A stretch of 64,000 nt of DNA, taken from contig CAWBWI010000006.1 of NCBI GenBank assembly GCA_963792585.1, forward strand, positions 992,001 to 1,056,000, read 5' to 3'. The stretch comes from Candidatus Eiseniibacteriota bacterium. GTDB lineage: Bacteria > Eisenbacteria > RBG-16-71-46 > CAIMUX01 > VGJL01. The translations under genes were made by a program, and so were the position numbers. The notes beneath the pieces are model-generated. The model saw only the letters and a list, made by a program, of their open reading frames with translations, made no database searches and was not told the DNA's origin. Within the stretch, counting starts at the first letter, position 1. Every line of letters begins with the position of its first letter. This document shows positions 27,511-38,164 of the stretch, in pieces.

Positions 27511-27628
27511 ATTTCTAGAAATATAACATCGGGCATGAGCCGGATCAAGGCCCTCGTAATAGCCGGTGATGCAATATGTTATGAGCGTTCTATTGACGCC
27601 CGTCCTGTGTTATTATATTTCTAGAAAT
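27511..27628. promoter_or_regulatory. Pair of palindromic operator-like sites ATTTCTAGAAAT in a divergent intergenic region
   Basis: ATTTCTAGAAATATAA at 27511-27526 and its exact reverse complement at 27613-27628. Confidence 0.7.
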
Positions 27629-27711
27629 GGCCAAACTGACGGGGTTGCCCCCCTCAGGTGCGCGCTGGTAGGCTGCCCTGGCCGTCACTCCGGGATCATG
27701 GAGGTTCGTCC

Positions 27712-29289
27712 GTGAGTCTGCTTCGCCCGCCCGAGTCCCTGCCGCGGGACTACACCGAGATCTGGAAGGCCTTGCGCGACGCGGACGGCCGGGCGACTTC
27801 GCGACAGGCGCTCGCCGAGCAACTCGGCGTGTCGACACACACCCTGCAACGGATCCTGGTCCGCGGCGACGTACCGGTCTTCTCGGATGCGACAAGCACC
27901 CGCGTCGTCCACTCCTGGACCCGCACTCTCACCCGTGTCGCCTCGCGCCTCGGCTTCCAGCCTCGAGCGTGGATCGAGAGTGTCGGCATCCCATGGACCG
28001 CGGAGATCCGCAAGATCTCGGACCAATCGATCCAAGGCGCGCGCGCGACGCGCCTGCGCTCCGAGAAACGCGCTCCCGTCGGCGACACAACGGGCGGCGT
28101 GCTTCGCGTGGGCATCGTGGATCGTCCCACTTTCGGGGCCTTCCTGACCGACGCCGGCGGCTCCTTCCTCGAGGCCGCCATCCGGCGCATTCTCCATTCC
28201 ATCGACCCGGCGGCGAGAATTCAGATCGAGCTGACACGGGAAGACGAGGCGCTCGCCGAGATGGAGCGCCCGACCTCCCGCTTCGACCTTGCGGCCGGCG
28301 TTCTCGATACGACCGCCCGGCGGCGGCGAGGACTCGACTTCGTCGCGATCCCAGGCTGGAATGTGCGTCTCGACGCAGTTTGCGTCGCTCGGCGAGAGCT
28401 CGCCTCGAGCCTCTCCCGCTGGAGCGCCTGGATCGGGCCGACCTGCACGGTTCCGATCCTCGCGGCGGATGGCAGCGCCGCCCACGCGTACATCTCCGGC
28501 GCTTCGGGCCTCCCCGAGCCGCGGCTGCGCATCCTCCCGTCGAGCGACGGAATTGCCAACGCACGCGCGCTCATCGAGGAAGCGCGGCACAGCCCCGAGG
28601 GAGCGGCCATCCTCGTGTGTGACGGCGATTCGATCGGCGGTCCCCCAAGCGTGGGGGTGACGGAGATCCTCGAGGGGGACACGGAACTCGCCCGCGCGTT
28701 TGCGATCGTCTCGATGGGGGACGCCGCCGCGGCGCCCGCATTCCCCATCGCGATCGCCGCGATCGACAATGGTCCGATTCCCACACACCTCATGCGACGC
28801 GTCATGGAGCACGAGCTCTTCCGCGTCGGCGCCATCGCCACGGCCCATCTCTATGCGACATTGGCAGCGTCGTTCCACCGGGCGATCGAGGACTTCCCGC
28901 AGGCGAATCCCGTCTTCCGTCAATCGGTCTGCGACTTCCTGGTGGCCCTCGTCCGCCCGCCCGAGTATGCACGCACCCTGATCCCGATCGCGTGGCATCC
29001 GCATCTCGACGCGGCGCTGCGCGGGGAACTCGATCCGACGCGGCTTTCCGTTTCACCGCACCAGTGCCAGTCCTGCTCCGCGTCTCTCGACGACGGCGTG
29101 CACGGAGGTGTCTCGGACCACTACTGCCGGTTCTGTTCCGACGAGCAGGGACGCCTCCGGCCGCGCGAGCAGGTGCAGGGGGTGATCGCGCGCTGGCTGC
29201 AGGGCTGGCAGGGGGGAATCCCCGAGCAGGAGGCGATGCGGCGCGCAGCGGTCTTCATGCAGGCGATGCCCGCCTGGAGTCACAACTAG
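27712..29289 (+). CDS. Putative transcriptional regulator: N-terminal HTH, central alpha/beta sensor-like region, C-terminal Zn-ribbon
   Basis: GGAGG RBS before GTG 27712; SRQALAEQLGVSTHTLQRIL HTH; C-terminal CQSC...YCRFC...MPAW resembles Zn_ribbon_2. Confidence 0.65.
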   Translation: MSLLRPPESLPRDYTEIWKALRDADGRATSRQALAEQLGVSTHTLQRILVRGDVPVFSDATSTRVVHSWTRTLTRVASRLGFQPRAWIESVGIPWTAEIRKISDQSIQGARATRLRSEKRAPVGDTTGGVLRVGIVDRPTFGAFLTDAGGSFLEAAIRRILHSIDPAARIQIELTREDEALAEMERPTSRFDLAAGVLDTTARRRRGLDFVAIPGWNVRLDAVCVARRELASSLSRWSAWIGPTCTVPILAADGSAAHAYISGASGLPEPRLRILPSSDGIANARALIEEARHSPEGAAILVCDGDSIGGPPSVGVTEILEGDTELARAFAIVSMGDAAAAPAFPIAIAAIDNGPIPTHLMRRVMEHELFRVGAIATAHLYATLAASFHRAIEDFPQANPVFRQSVCDFLVALVRPPEYARTLIPIAWHPHLDAALRGELDPTRLSVSPHQCQSCSASLDDGVHGGVSDHYCRFCSDEQGRLRPREQVQGVIARWLQGWQGGIPEQEAMRRAAVFMQAMPAWSHN

Positions 29290-29308
29290 ATCGAGGAACC
29301 TCCAAAGG

Positions 29309-29977
29309 TCAGATGGCGGTCGGCGGGAAGTAGGGAAGCAACACCGAAAGCTCCTCGGTATCGAGGGCGACGTCGCACACCCCGATCAACTCCTCGCAGC
29401 GCGAGTTCAGCGCGATCGCGAAACCCGCCTCCCGCGCAATCTCGACATCGTTGAACGCGTCGCCGACGAATGCGCACCGATCGAGCGGAATCCCCTCGCG
29501 CGCGGCGATCTCCCGCAGGGCCCGGGCCTTTCCGTCGACGTCATACGGCGTGGCGGCCCACCCGGTCAGTCGTCCCGACGCATCGAAGTGGAGCCGGTTG
29601 ACGAAGACATCGTCGAAGGGATGGTCCGGGAAGAGGGTGTCGAGCACGATGTCGAGGGTGCCCGAGACCACGGCGAGCTTGTAGCCGCGCCGCTTCAGCT
29701 CTGCGAGACTCTCGCGGGCCCGGCCGATGAGGCGCAGATCGGTGATCGCCTCGAGGATTTCCGTCCGGGTGGCATGCACGCGCAGCCAGTCCCCGACGTC
29801 CAGAGCGACCCACTCTGCGTAGGTGATCTCGCCGTCGCGGTACTTGAGGAAGCGGGAGTGGTTCGCCTCGTCCCCACCCGTGAAACGCGTGTTCAGGATC
29901 TCCCAGACGATTCGCCCCTCGGGGTGGACCACCAAGGTCCCGTCGACATCGAAGCAGATGAGATCATACGGACGCAT
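29309..29977 (-). CDS. HAD-superfamily phosphatase (phosphoserine-phosphatase-like, IB)
   Basis: FDVDGTL, VVSG, GK, FVGDAFND motifs. Confidence 0.9.
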   Translation of the reverse strand: MRPYDLICFDVDGTLVVHPEGRIVWEILNTRFTGGDEANHSRFLKYRDGEITYAEWVALDVGDWLRVHATRTEILEAITDLRLIGRARESLAELKRRGYKLAVVSGTLDIVLDTLFPDHPFDDVFVNRLHFDASGRLTGWAATPYDVDGKARALREIAAREGIPLDRCAFVGDAFNDVEIAREAGFAIALNSRCEELIGVCDVALDTEELSVLLPYFPPTAI

Positions 29978-30142
29978 CGGCCCTCCCGGCGCCAGCATAC
30001 CGATCGCCCCATGGCCCTGCACGATCGGCTTCTCTTCTGGTAACCATCTTGTGAATTTTGATATTCTTATAACGCTGTCGCATGAATGGCGGAGATGTCG
30101 GATCTCCCGCCCGGGCTCAACCACGCCGGAGGCAATTCCTAT

Positions 30143-32757
30143 ATGACGCGGCCCATGACGATCCTCACCCTCGTCCTAGCCCTGAGCACCATCGCCCTGG
30201 CTCCGCCGGCGGCGGCCGCCCCCGCCCCCGGGCTGGAGGTCTGGTCCCCCGGAGATCCCGACCCGACCATTCCCTTCTCGGATCGGTTTCCCGTCGCCGT
30301 CCAGACGACGACGGAGTCCGACGCGAGGGTGATCGTCGCCACGGGGATCGACGTCGAGGACGTGCGGCGATACGAGGGCGGCTGGATCGTCCGGGCGAAC
30401 ATCGATGAGGCGGAGCTCGCCTCGCTCGCCGGCCCGAGCCGGGAGATCGTTCGGCTCCGGAATCTGGCGCTCGAGTCGGCGCGGGCGGAGGGCCGGGATC
30501 GTGCATGGCCGACCTGGGCGGAATACGAGGCGAGCCTCCAGCAGATTGCGCAGGATCATCCGACGATCGTCCGTCTGCTATCCATCGGCCAGACGGTGCA
30601 GGGTCGGCAGATGTGGATTCTCAAGATCACGGACAACCCCGACGTCAACGAGGACGAGCCCGAGTTCAAGTACACCTCCAGCCTTCACGGCGACGAGGTC
30701 ACGGGGATGGAGATGTGCCGCCGCCTGGCGGGCCTCCTGACCGACGGCTACGGCGTCGATCCGACGCTGACCGACTACGTCAACAACGCGGAGATCTGGA
30801 TCCAGCCGATGAGCAACCCCGACGGTTTCGTCGCGGTCTCCCGCTACAACGCGAGCGGCATCGATCTGAACCGCGACTTCCCCGATCCGGTCAACGACCC
30901 GGTGGACAACCCTGCGGGGCGGGCGATCGAAACGCAAAATCTGATGAACTTCGGCTACGCCCACCGGTTCATTCTCTCGGCGAACTACCACGGCGGCGCG
31001 CTCGTCGTGAACTACCCATGGGACAGCTTCGTGGGATACACGCCGGACGACACCATGATCGAGAACTTCTCGCTCGGCTACGCCTTCCGGAACCCCCCGA
31101 TGTGGAACTCATCGGAGTTCCTCCACGGGGTCACCATCGGTTGGGCTTGGTACATCATCGACGGCGGGATGCAGGACTGGTGCTACAACTGGCGCAATGA
31201 GATCGACGTGACGATCGAGGTCTCGAACACGAAGCGCCCGAGCTGGACGCTGATGGACCAGTTCTGGACCGAGAACAAGGATGCGATGATCTGGTATCTC
31301 GCCCGCGTCTTCGTCGGCGTCCGTGGAATCGTGACCAACGCGGTGACCGGCCTGCCCGTCGACGCGACGGTCGATATCGTCCAGATCGGCAAGTCGATCC
31401 GCACCGATGCATCGATCGGCGACTACCACCGGATGCTGGAGCCCGGGACCTACACCGTGAAGGTCGACGCGGCCGGGTACGTGTCGCAGCAGATCCCGAA
31501 CGTGGTCGTCGTCGACGGCCCGGCAACGCGCCTGGACATCGCCCTCCAGCCGCTGCCGACCTACACGGTCAGCGGGACCGTGACGGAAGAGGGACCGGAT
31601 CGCCGCTCGGCGGAACCGTCGAAGCGCGCCGCATCACCGACGGGCAGCTGGTCGGAACGGCGCCGACCGATCCCGCCACGGGCGCGTACGCGCTCTCCCT
31701 CCTGAGTTCGACCTATGACATCCGCGCGACGGCGCCGGGCCACGCTCCGGTGACGCGCCGCATGACCGTCGAACAGGATCGCACCGAGGACTTCGTGCTC
31801 GCGCTCACCGCCAACAGGATCCTGATCGTGCGGGACGTGGTGGCGACCCGCATCGCGAGCGATCTCGCGAGTCTCGGGAACCTGACGACCGTCGAGGCCT
31901 CCAGCGTGACCGATCCCGCATCCTGGTCCGGCTACCGCATGCTGGTCTGGAGCGCCGGATCCGCCGCGGACCCGGTCGCGGACGCCACGCGCCGGGCTGG
32001 ATTGGAGAGCTATGTCGCAGCGGGCGGCACGCTGCTGATCGAGGGCGGACAGATCGGCTACGACGTCTTCCGCACGCCCGGCTATCCGACGTTCGGGGCG
32101 AATGTCCTGCACTGCTCGGCATGGGATGTGAGCAGCGCCGGACCGATCTCGATCGCGACAGGGCAGTCCGGGCACGCTCTGGTGACGACCCCGAATACGC
32201 TGCCGTCGCAGTACGCGATCAACTACACGGAAACCGGCGACGAGGACGCGGTTCGACCGCTCGCGAACGCCCTCATGATCTACAGGACCCAAGCCTATCC
32301 GAACGATGGCGGGATCATCGTCTATGACGACACGCCGGTCGATCCGGCCCGCGGCCAGATCGTCTACTATGCCTTCAACTACGACAGACTCACCGATACG
32401 GCGAACGCGGTGAGGCTTCTCGAGAACACGGTTGCCTACCTGAGCAGGACGAATCCGGCGGACGCCGGCGAGCCGGTTCCAACTCTCGCGGCGCTGCTCG
32501 GCCCGGCATTCCCGAACCCAGCGCAGGGAACCGTCCGATTCCGGATCGATCCGCGGGCGGGGCGTTCGCTCCGAGCGGAGGTGATCGACCTGCAGGGGCG
32601 CGTGATTTGCGCGCTGGTCGTTGATGAGGCCGAAGGCGCGCTCACATGGGACGGGCGCACCGGTCTGGGCCGCGTGGCGCCGACGGGAATCTACTTCCTG
32701 AAAGCGCGCAGCGGCACGGAGGAGGCCGCCCGCAGCTTCCTCTGGATCCGTCCGTAG
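30143..32757 (+). CDS. Secreted M14 zinc carboxypeptidase with two carboxypeptidase-regulatory domains and FlgD/T9SS-like CTD; interrupted by one frameshift at about 31592
   Basis: LHGDE, NPDG, DLNRDFP, SANYHGG, GGMQDW, TIEVS motifs; adding one base in the G-run at 31591-31593 joins the 30143 frame to the 31750..32757 frame. Confidence 0.85.
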
Positions 32758-32792
32758 GTGCGAGAGCACCAGCGGTCGACGACAAGCGGGGA

Positions 32793-34322
32793 CTAGCGGT
32801 CCAGGACGATTCGTCCCTGGAGCGATCCTCCGTCGACGTGCACGAAGTAGACGCCGGGCGGGACCGCTCGACCCGAAGCGTCCCGTCCATTCCAGCGCGC
32901 CAGACCGGTGGGTCCGGGTTCGATCGTCCGGACGCGGCGACCCGCTGCGTCGACGACGACCATCCGGGAAAGCCCGCCGGTGTTGCCGAGCCTGAAGGAA
33001 ACCCCCTGTCCGACCCGGGCGGGATTCGGGAAGAGTTCGAGGCGCCCTACCGTCAAGCCCGTGCCGTCGACGTCCGCAGTCTTGGGGCTCGCGACCCACG
33101 TCGCCATCCCGTCGAAGCGCCCGCTACCGAGTTGGCCCTCGTAGGGCCCATTCTCCGGGATTTGGTAGATCCCGACGACCCCGAGCCCGACGGTGCCGTA
33201 GACAGTCTGTACGCTTGCGTCGGGCTTCAGCGACAGGACGAGGGCGCACTGCCCGCTGACGAATGGCGCCGAGAAGGACGTCCCGGCTCCGATCGCATAC
33301 TCCCCGTCGTAGAAGGGTGCCAGCACTCCATCCCCGGGCGCGGCGACGTCGACGGTCGATCCATAGCTCGTAAAGCTCGTCCGGACGTCGACGGAGTCGA
33401 GTGCCGCGACGGAGACGACCTGAGGGTCGCTTGCGGGGTAGTAGACGGGATAGTCGGAACCGCCGTTGCCGGCCGCACCCACCATCGCGACCGACAAGTC
33501 GTAGGCCGCGCGGACCTCATGCCTGATGACCATGCACTCCTGGGTCAGCCCCAGGCTCAGGTTGATTACCTGCGCGCCATGCTCGACCGCATAGCGGATC
33601 CCCTTGGCGACATGGAAGGTCGTTCCACGACCTTCGTCGTCGAGGACCCGGATGGGCAGGATCCTCGCATTCGGGGCGACGAGGTGCACGATCCCGGCCA
33701 CCATCGTTCCGTGGCCCGCCCCATCATCGGTCAAACCGTCGAGGTCATCATCGGCCCCGTTGGCCTCATCGAGTGGATCCGCGTCGTTATCCACGAAATC
33801 CCAGCCATTCGGATCGATCGCGCCGTTGAAGGCCGGGTGATCGGGAAGCACCCCTGTGTCGATGACGGCGACCAGGACGCCGTCCCCCATCGTGTGGGAC
33901 TGGATCTCGGCGAGACGGATCCGCGTGGTCAGGTGCTGGTCGAGATAATCCGTAATGGTCCCGCCTACGGCGGCGACCATCATCTGCCGCGTGCCCTCGG
34001 GGGTTTCGTTGTCCCACGAGTACTCGGCCTCGACCACGTTCGGATTCTGGCGGATCTGGTAGACATATTCGGCTTCGCTGCCGTCGGGGCACCGCAGCAG
34101 GTAGAGCGGCGGCAGAGAATCAAGCGTCGAGGTGCCATAGAGATCATTGATGACCGAAATCGGCGTCCCCGGAATGAGCTCCACCTGGAGTTGTCCGATT
34201 TCCCAGTCGTCCGCGAAGCTGCGCTTCGCCTCTGCGCCCATGAGCAATGCCACGAGTAAGGCGATGAGCGCGGGCACGAGGGTCAGGCGTCTGCGGCGAA
34301 TGGAGATTGTCGAGCGATCCAT
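32793..34322 (-). CDS. Secreted S8 subtilase with FlgD/T9SS-like CTD (copy 2)
   Basis: VAVIDTG, GHGTMVAG, AAGN, GTSFSAPFVSG; GGAGG RBS; signal peptide; clearly paralogous to 16494-17993. Confidence 0.93.
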   Translation of the reverse strand: MDRSTISIRRRRLTLVPALIALLVALLMGAEAKRSFADDWEIGQLQVELIPGTPISVINDLYGTSTLDSLPPLYLLRCPDGSEAEYVYQIRQNPNVVEAEYSWDNETPEGTRQMMVAAVGGTITDYLDQHLTTRIRLAEIQSHTMGDGVLVAVIDTGVLPDHPAFNGAIDPNGWDFVDNDADPLDEANGADDDLDGLTDDGAGHGTMVAGIVHLVAPNARILPIRVLDDEGRGTTFHVAKGIRYAVEHGAQVINLSLGLTQECMVIRHEVRAAYDLSVAMVGAAGNGGSDYPVYYPASDPQVVSVAALDSVDVRTSFTSYGSTVDVAAPGDGVLAPFYDGEYAIGAGTSFSAPFVSGQCALVLSLKPDASVQTVYGTVGLGVVGIYQIPENGPYEGQLGSGRFDGMATWVASPKTADVDGTGLTVGRLELFPNPARVGQGVSFRLGNTGGLSRMVVVDAAGRRVRTIEPGPTGLARWNGRDASGRAVPPGVYFVHVDGGSLQGRIVLDR

Positions 34323-34532
34323 GAACACCTCCAATAGATGCTCTGATTCATGATATGCGCAAACATCATAGCAGAGAGAGCGCGATTCGTTCAAAGCCGT
34401 TCCCAGTACACCGATTCCCTCCGGGACCTGGAGCTGACCGAAGGGTCAGCAGCGGCCGTCGCGACAAATATCCAAGAAACTGATCTAATAATGATCATGC
34501 CATTAGGCCAACTCACGATTCGACCCGAGAGG

Positions 34533-37412
34533 CTATCTCCCGATGCCTCCGAGCGACGCGAATGAGGCCCAATGCCATGGATGGGGACGCCGGATCATGA
34601 GGGAACGCATCGCGCGGCCCAGCGCGATCGCCGGGGCGTCCCCCGTCGCGAACGAATCGTAGAAGAACTCCATCAACTCGAGGGTCGGGTCGTCCTGGAT
34701 CGGCCAGAGACTCGCAACGACCGAGGAGGCACCCGCCTGCAGAAAGCCTCGAGCAAGCCCGATCCACTCGTCCCCTACGGGAGCGGCGCCCCGGCCCGAA
34801 GAGCAAGCCGTCAGCACCACCGTGGACGAGGGAAGGCGAAAGTCCGCCAGGTCGTGAACGAAGAGCGGCCCATCCGCCAACTGGACGAAGGAGTAGGCAG
34901 GGTTGTCGCGACGCAGCATTCCGTGGGCCGCGATGTGGATGAGGTGCGCCCGTCGACCTTCCCGGCGCATGCTTTCGATCGTGGGCGCGAGGTCGGAGTG
35001 AATCTCCCAACCGGGCAGGTTTGCCTGAACGCGCTCCACCTCGACCGCCACCGAAGGCAGTAGATCCGAAGGGACCCCCGCGACGAAGGCGGCCCTCCCT
35101 GCGCGCGCCGGAGCGGGAGGAAGTGCGCGCCAGATACGCGCGCTGGGGACGATGGCGATGTCCGTCCGCTCGGCGATGTAGCCGTCGCGGCCCCGCAGAG
35201 CATGAAGCGGCACGCGATGGATCGCTCCGTGCGGAGAGACGATCCAGCGCAATGACGCATCCACGCCCATCTGCTCGAGAGGCTCCCAGAGGAGTCCGTG
35301 GAGCTCCGCGAGAATCGCGTCGGCGGAGGATTGAAGACGCCGCTCCGCGGCGCTCGGCGCACACGATTCGGTGGCGGCCAATTGCGCGCCGCGCACGCTC
35401 GTCATGGCCGCAGCGGTCCACTGGAAATCGAGTCGGTCGGTCAGACGGGCGAGCCGTGCGCCGAGATCGTTCGCCAGGCGGCGCCAGACGGAGCCATCGC
35501 GGGTCACGGCGAGCGCCACTGAGAAATCAGGCCCGATGTGGTAGGCGAGGAAGCCCCAACCCCGTGGGAGATCACGTTGGAGTTCCGGTAGCGAGGGGGG
35601 CTCTCCGCTTCCGATCCGGTCGCGACCGGATCGACGCTCTCGATCCTCGCGCAGGGCCTTGCTCCACTCCCCCTCCGTGGCGATCAAGCGCGGGCGGAGC
35701 TCGATTGCGCGCGCGCGATCCTCGGGCGAGCCGAGTTCCAGGCGGGAGATCCGCGCGTGCAGCCAGGCAAGCCGACGCCGCGCAGCGGTGAGGCGACGAT
35801 CCCGCGGCCTCTCCCCCTCGAAGAGGTAGGCATCGGGGTCGCGCAGGCGATCCCAGAGGCTCTGGGCGCGGGCGCGTTCCGTCCACTCGAACAGCCGATC
35901 GATCGAAGGCCGCGGGCGATCGATCTCGATCGCGAGGAGACGGTCGTGGAGGTGGTTCTTGTCGCCGAGGAAGGCGATCTTCGAGTCTTCGGTCGGGATT
36001 CGAGAGCGCAGATCCTCGAGTCGGGTCAGGGCGTTTCGGTAGGAGCGGCTCGCCTCGCCGGACTTGCCGGCTTGCTCCTGCGCCCTACCGAGCGCCTCGA
36101 GCAACCGATAGGCGGGGATCGGATAGACCTGCTGGGGCAGGCGACGGAGCAGCCGGCGAAGCCGGGGAATTCGCTCCTCTCCCGTCTCCCGCCGCTCGAG
36201 CAGCTCATCCAGAAGAACGGTTGCCGTCGACTCCCATCGGATCAGACCGAGCCGCTCGAAGGCATCGATGGCGGCGCGCACGCGTCGCTCCGCCTCGGCG
36301 CGCCCCCCGCGCCGGCGCAGCGCCTCCCCTTTCAGCATGTCCATCAAGGCGACACGGGGCGCGTTCTTCTCCTTCCGGAAGAGTCTCTGGCCCCGCCGGA
36401 TCCGATCGAGCGCCGTCGGGAGATCCCCGAGCGCCATGCTCGAGAGGGCCTCCTGGCTGAGAGCCAACGCCTCGTCGTATGCGAGCCCCTCTTCAGCGAA
36501 CAAGGGGATCGCCTGTCTCGAGAGATCGAGCGCCTCCTGATGGAGGTTCAACTGGTGGTAGATCTCGGCTCGGTTGAGAAGACACTCCGCTTCGAACGCA
36601 GGATGCTCTGTTTGGTGGAAATAGGTGGTCAAGAGGCTTATCTCTCGGAGTGCCTTGCCAAAATCCGCCCTTTGAGCGTGCACATAGGCGGCATTCATCC
36701 GAACTTGGGCCTGGAGAACCTCGAAACCGCGCTTGCCGGTTTCCTTCTCCAGCCGCTCGAAAAGGGCCAGCGCCTCTTCGTCTCGGTCGAGCTGGCTCAG
36801 GGCGACCCCTCGATTGACTTCCAATCCGAGGACCGTTTCGTCCCGGATGCGAAGCCTGCGAAAGATCTCCGAGGCCCGTTCGATCTCCTCGAGCGCCGGG
36901 CCGTAGCGGTCGTGCTGGAAGTGGCTCGAGCCGAGGTTCATGGCGAGCTTGGCCAGATAGGTCTGATCCCCCGCCTCCTCGAGATTGCGGCGGGCTTCGA
37001 TCACGGCTTTCTCGGCGTCGCGATGGCGGCCGAGGAGCGAGAGGACATGGACGGCGCCGACGAGGAGTTGACCGAGAAGGCCCGGAGCACTCGCCCGCCG
37101 CCAGGCCTCGGCAGCCTGGGTGTAGGAGGCATTGGCATCACGCATCCGACCGGAGAAGAGGAGCGACTCGGCCACCGCGCGGTGGCCCCAACCGAGGGAG
37201 AGGGGATCGCCGAGAAGCTCGGCGAGTTCGAGGGCGCGCGAGGCGATCCGCCGGGCGGCGGAAGCATCGGTGTGGTAGAAAGGGACCGCCTCCATCCGGA
37301 GGGCCTGAACCCAGCCGGCTCCGGTCCCAGGTAGTCCTTCCCGAACGCGCCTCCCTAGCTCCTGGGAGGAGGCATCAACCAGATCCTTCGTGCTCGGAGG
37401 ACTACCGGTCAC
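34533..37412 (-). CDS. TPR-CHAT protease (copy 2)
   Basis: TPR-like repeats; PHGAIHRVPLHAL, IHIAAHG (His), LTACSSG (Cys), VVASLWPI, HPWHWASF. Confidence 0.92.
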   Translation of the reverse strand: MTGSPPSTKDLVDASSQELGRRVREGLPGTGAGWVQALRMEAVPFYHTDASAARRIASRALELAELLGDPLSLGWGHRAVAESLLFSGRMRDANASYTQAAEAWRRASAPGLLGQLLVGAVHVLSLLGRHRDAEKAVIEARRNLEEAGDQTYLAKLAMNLGSSHFQHDRYGPALEEIERASEIFRRLRIRDETVLGLEVNRGVALSQLDRDEEALALFERLEKETGKRGFEVLQAQVRMNAAYVHAQRADFGKALREISLLTTYFHQTEHPAFEAECLLNRAEIYHQLNLHQEALDLSRQAIPLFAEEGLAYDEALALSQEALSSMALGDLPTALDRIRRGQRLFRKEKNAPRVALMDMLKGEALRRRGGRAEAERRVRAAIDAFERLGLIRWESTATVLLDELLERRETGEERIPRLRRLLRRLPQQVYPIPAYRLLEALGRAQEQAGKSGEASRSYRNALTRLEDLRSRIPTEDSKIAFLGDKNHLHDRLLAIEIDRPRPSIDRLFEWTERARAQSLWDRLRDPDAYLFEGERPRDRRLTAARRRLAWLHARISRLELGSPEDRARAIELRPRLIATEGEWSKALREDRERRSGRDRIGSGEPPSLPELQRDLPRGWGFLAYHIGPDFSVALAVTRDGSVWRRLANDLGARLARLTDRLDFQWTAAAMTSVRGAQLAATESCAPSAAERRLQSSADAILAELHGLLWEPLEQMGVDASLRWIVSPHGAIHRVPLHALRGRDGYIAERTDIAIVPSARIWRALPPAPARAGRAAFVAGVPSDLLPSVAVEVERVQANLPGWEIHSDLAPTIESMRREGRRAHLIHIAAHGMLRRDNPAYSFVQLADGPLFVHDLADFRLPSSTVVLTACSSGRGAAPVGDEWIGLARGFLQAGASSVVASLWPIQDDPTLELMEFFYDSFATGDAPAIALGRAMRSLMIRRPHPWHWASFASLGGIGR

Positions 37413-38065
37413 TCATCCAGGCCTGCTTCCAGGTCGATCGGATCGCTGACCAACTCCCGGCCGGCCCACGCAATCCGTATCCGGACCGGGCCACCGGGGA
37501 TCCCATCGATGCGGAACTCCCCCGTCTCGGAGAGGCGCCCCCGGGGCGATCCCTGCTCGACCTCGACACGAACCACCCCACCCCGGAGGCGATCCGCCGG
37601 GTTCGAGGGCACCAGTTGACCGATCACCGTATAGGATCCGGAACCGGCCTCCACCTGGAGGTGGAGACTCCCGAGTGGTGATTCGAACATGAGCTGCCGA
37701 TGCTCGGAGACTGCGGAGCCCCGGATTCCCTGCATGGACGCGCCGATCGCCGTGTCGAGGACGAGTCCCAGGCGGACCTCCTCGAGGACCCGCCGGACCT
37801 TCTCCTTCACCGCACCGATCGCGGTGCGGGACGTCTGCCCCTGCCGGAGCGCCGCGATCTTCTCGAGCGCGGAATGAACGAACGCCTCCGGGGCCACAGA
37901 CAACGGCGGGACGCGCAGGGCGGCCAGGATCTCTCTGGTCGAGGCGACCCTCTCGGAACATCGCTCGCAGCCCGTCTCGAGATGGCGGCGGACCTGCTCC
38001 ACGGCCGGCGCATCGTCCGACTCGCAATACTCCAACAGGTTCTCGTCGCTCGGATGCCGGTTCAT
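37409..38065 (-). CDS. Putative soluble zinc-binding anti-sigma factor (zf-HC2-like) with C-terminal beta-sandwich (copy 2)
   Basis: N-terminal HPS...HLETGCERC; lies between ECF sigma and CHAT; stop overlaps the CHAT start; no TM helix. Confidence 0.78.
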   Translation of the reverse strand: MNRHPSDENLLEYCESDDAPAVEQVRRHLETGCERCSERVASTREILAALRVPPLSVAPEAFVHSALEKIAALRQGQTSRTAIGAVKEKVRRVLEEVRLGLVLDTAIGASMQGIRGSAVSEHRQLMFESPLGSLHLQVEAGSGSYTVIGQLVPSNPADRLRGGVVRVEVEQGSPRGRLSETGEFRIDGIPGGPVRIRIAWAGRELVSDPIDLEAGLDE

Positions 38066-38124
38066 GGCTCGCCCCTCCAGGAAGGTGGTGTTCTGTTTGC
38101 TCGGCGGCTCCCTGTGAGATTGTC

Positions 38125-38159
38125 ATTCGAGAAGTCGACCTAGGAGCTGGGCTGATACA
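38125..38159 (-). promoter_or_regulatory. Candidate ECF promoter for anti-sigma/CHAT 2: TGTATC-N18-ACTTC
   Basis: TGTATC immediately after the sigma 2 stop, the same position as in module 1; ACT conserved at 18-nt spacing. Confidence 0.5.
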
Positions 38160-38164
38160 CGCCT

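Noticed and set aside
34323..34532. TGTATC-type promoter upstream of subtilase 2, and terminator role of hairpin GCTGACC-GAAG-GGTCAGC (34433-34450)
   Set aside because: Only a weak TGTACT without the second box; the hairpin has no U-tract, so neither can be supported.
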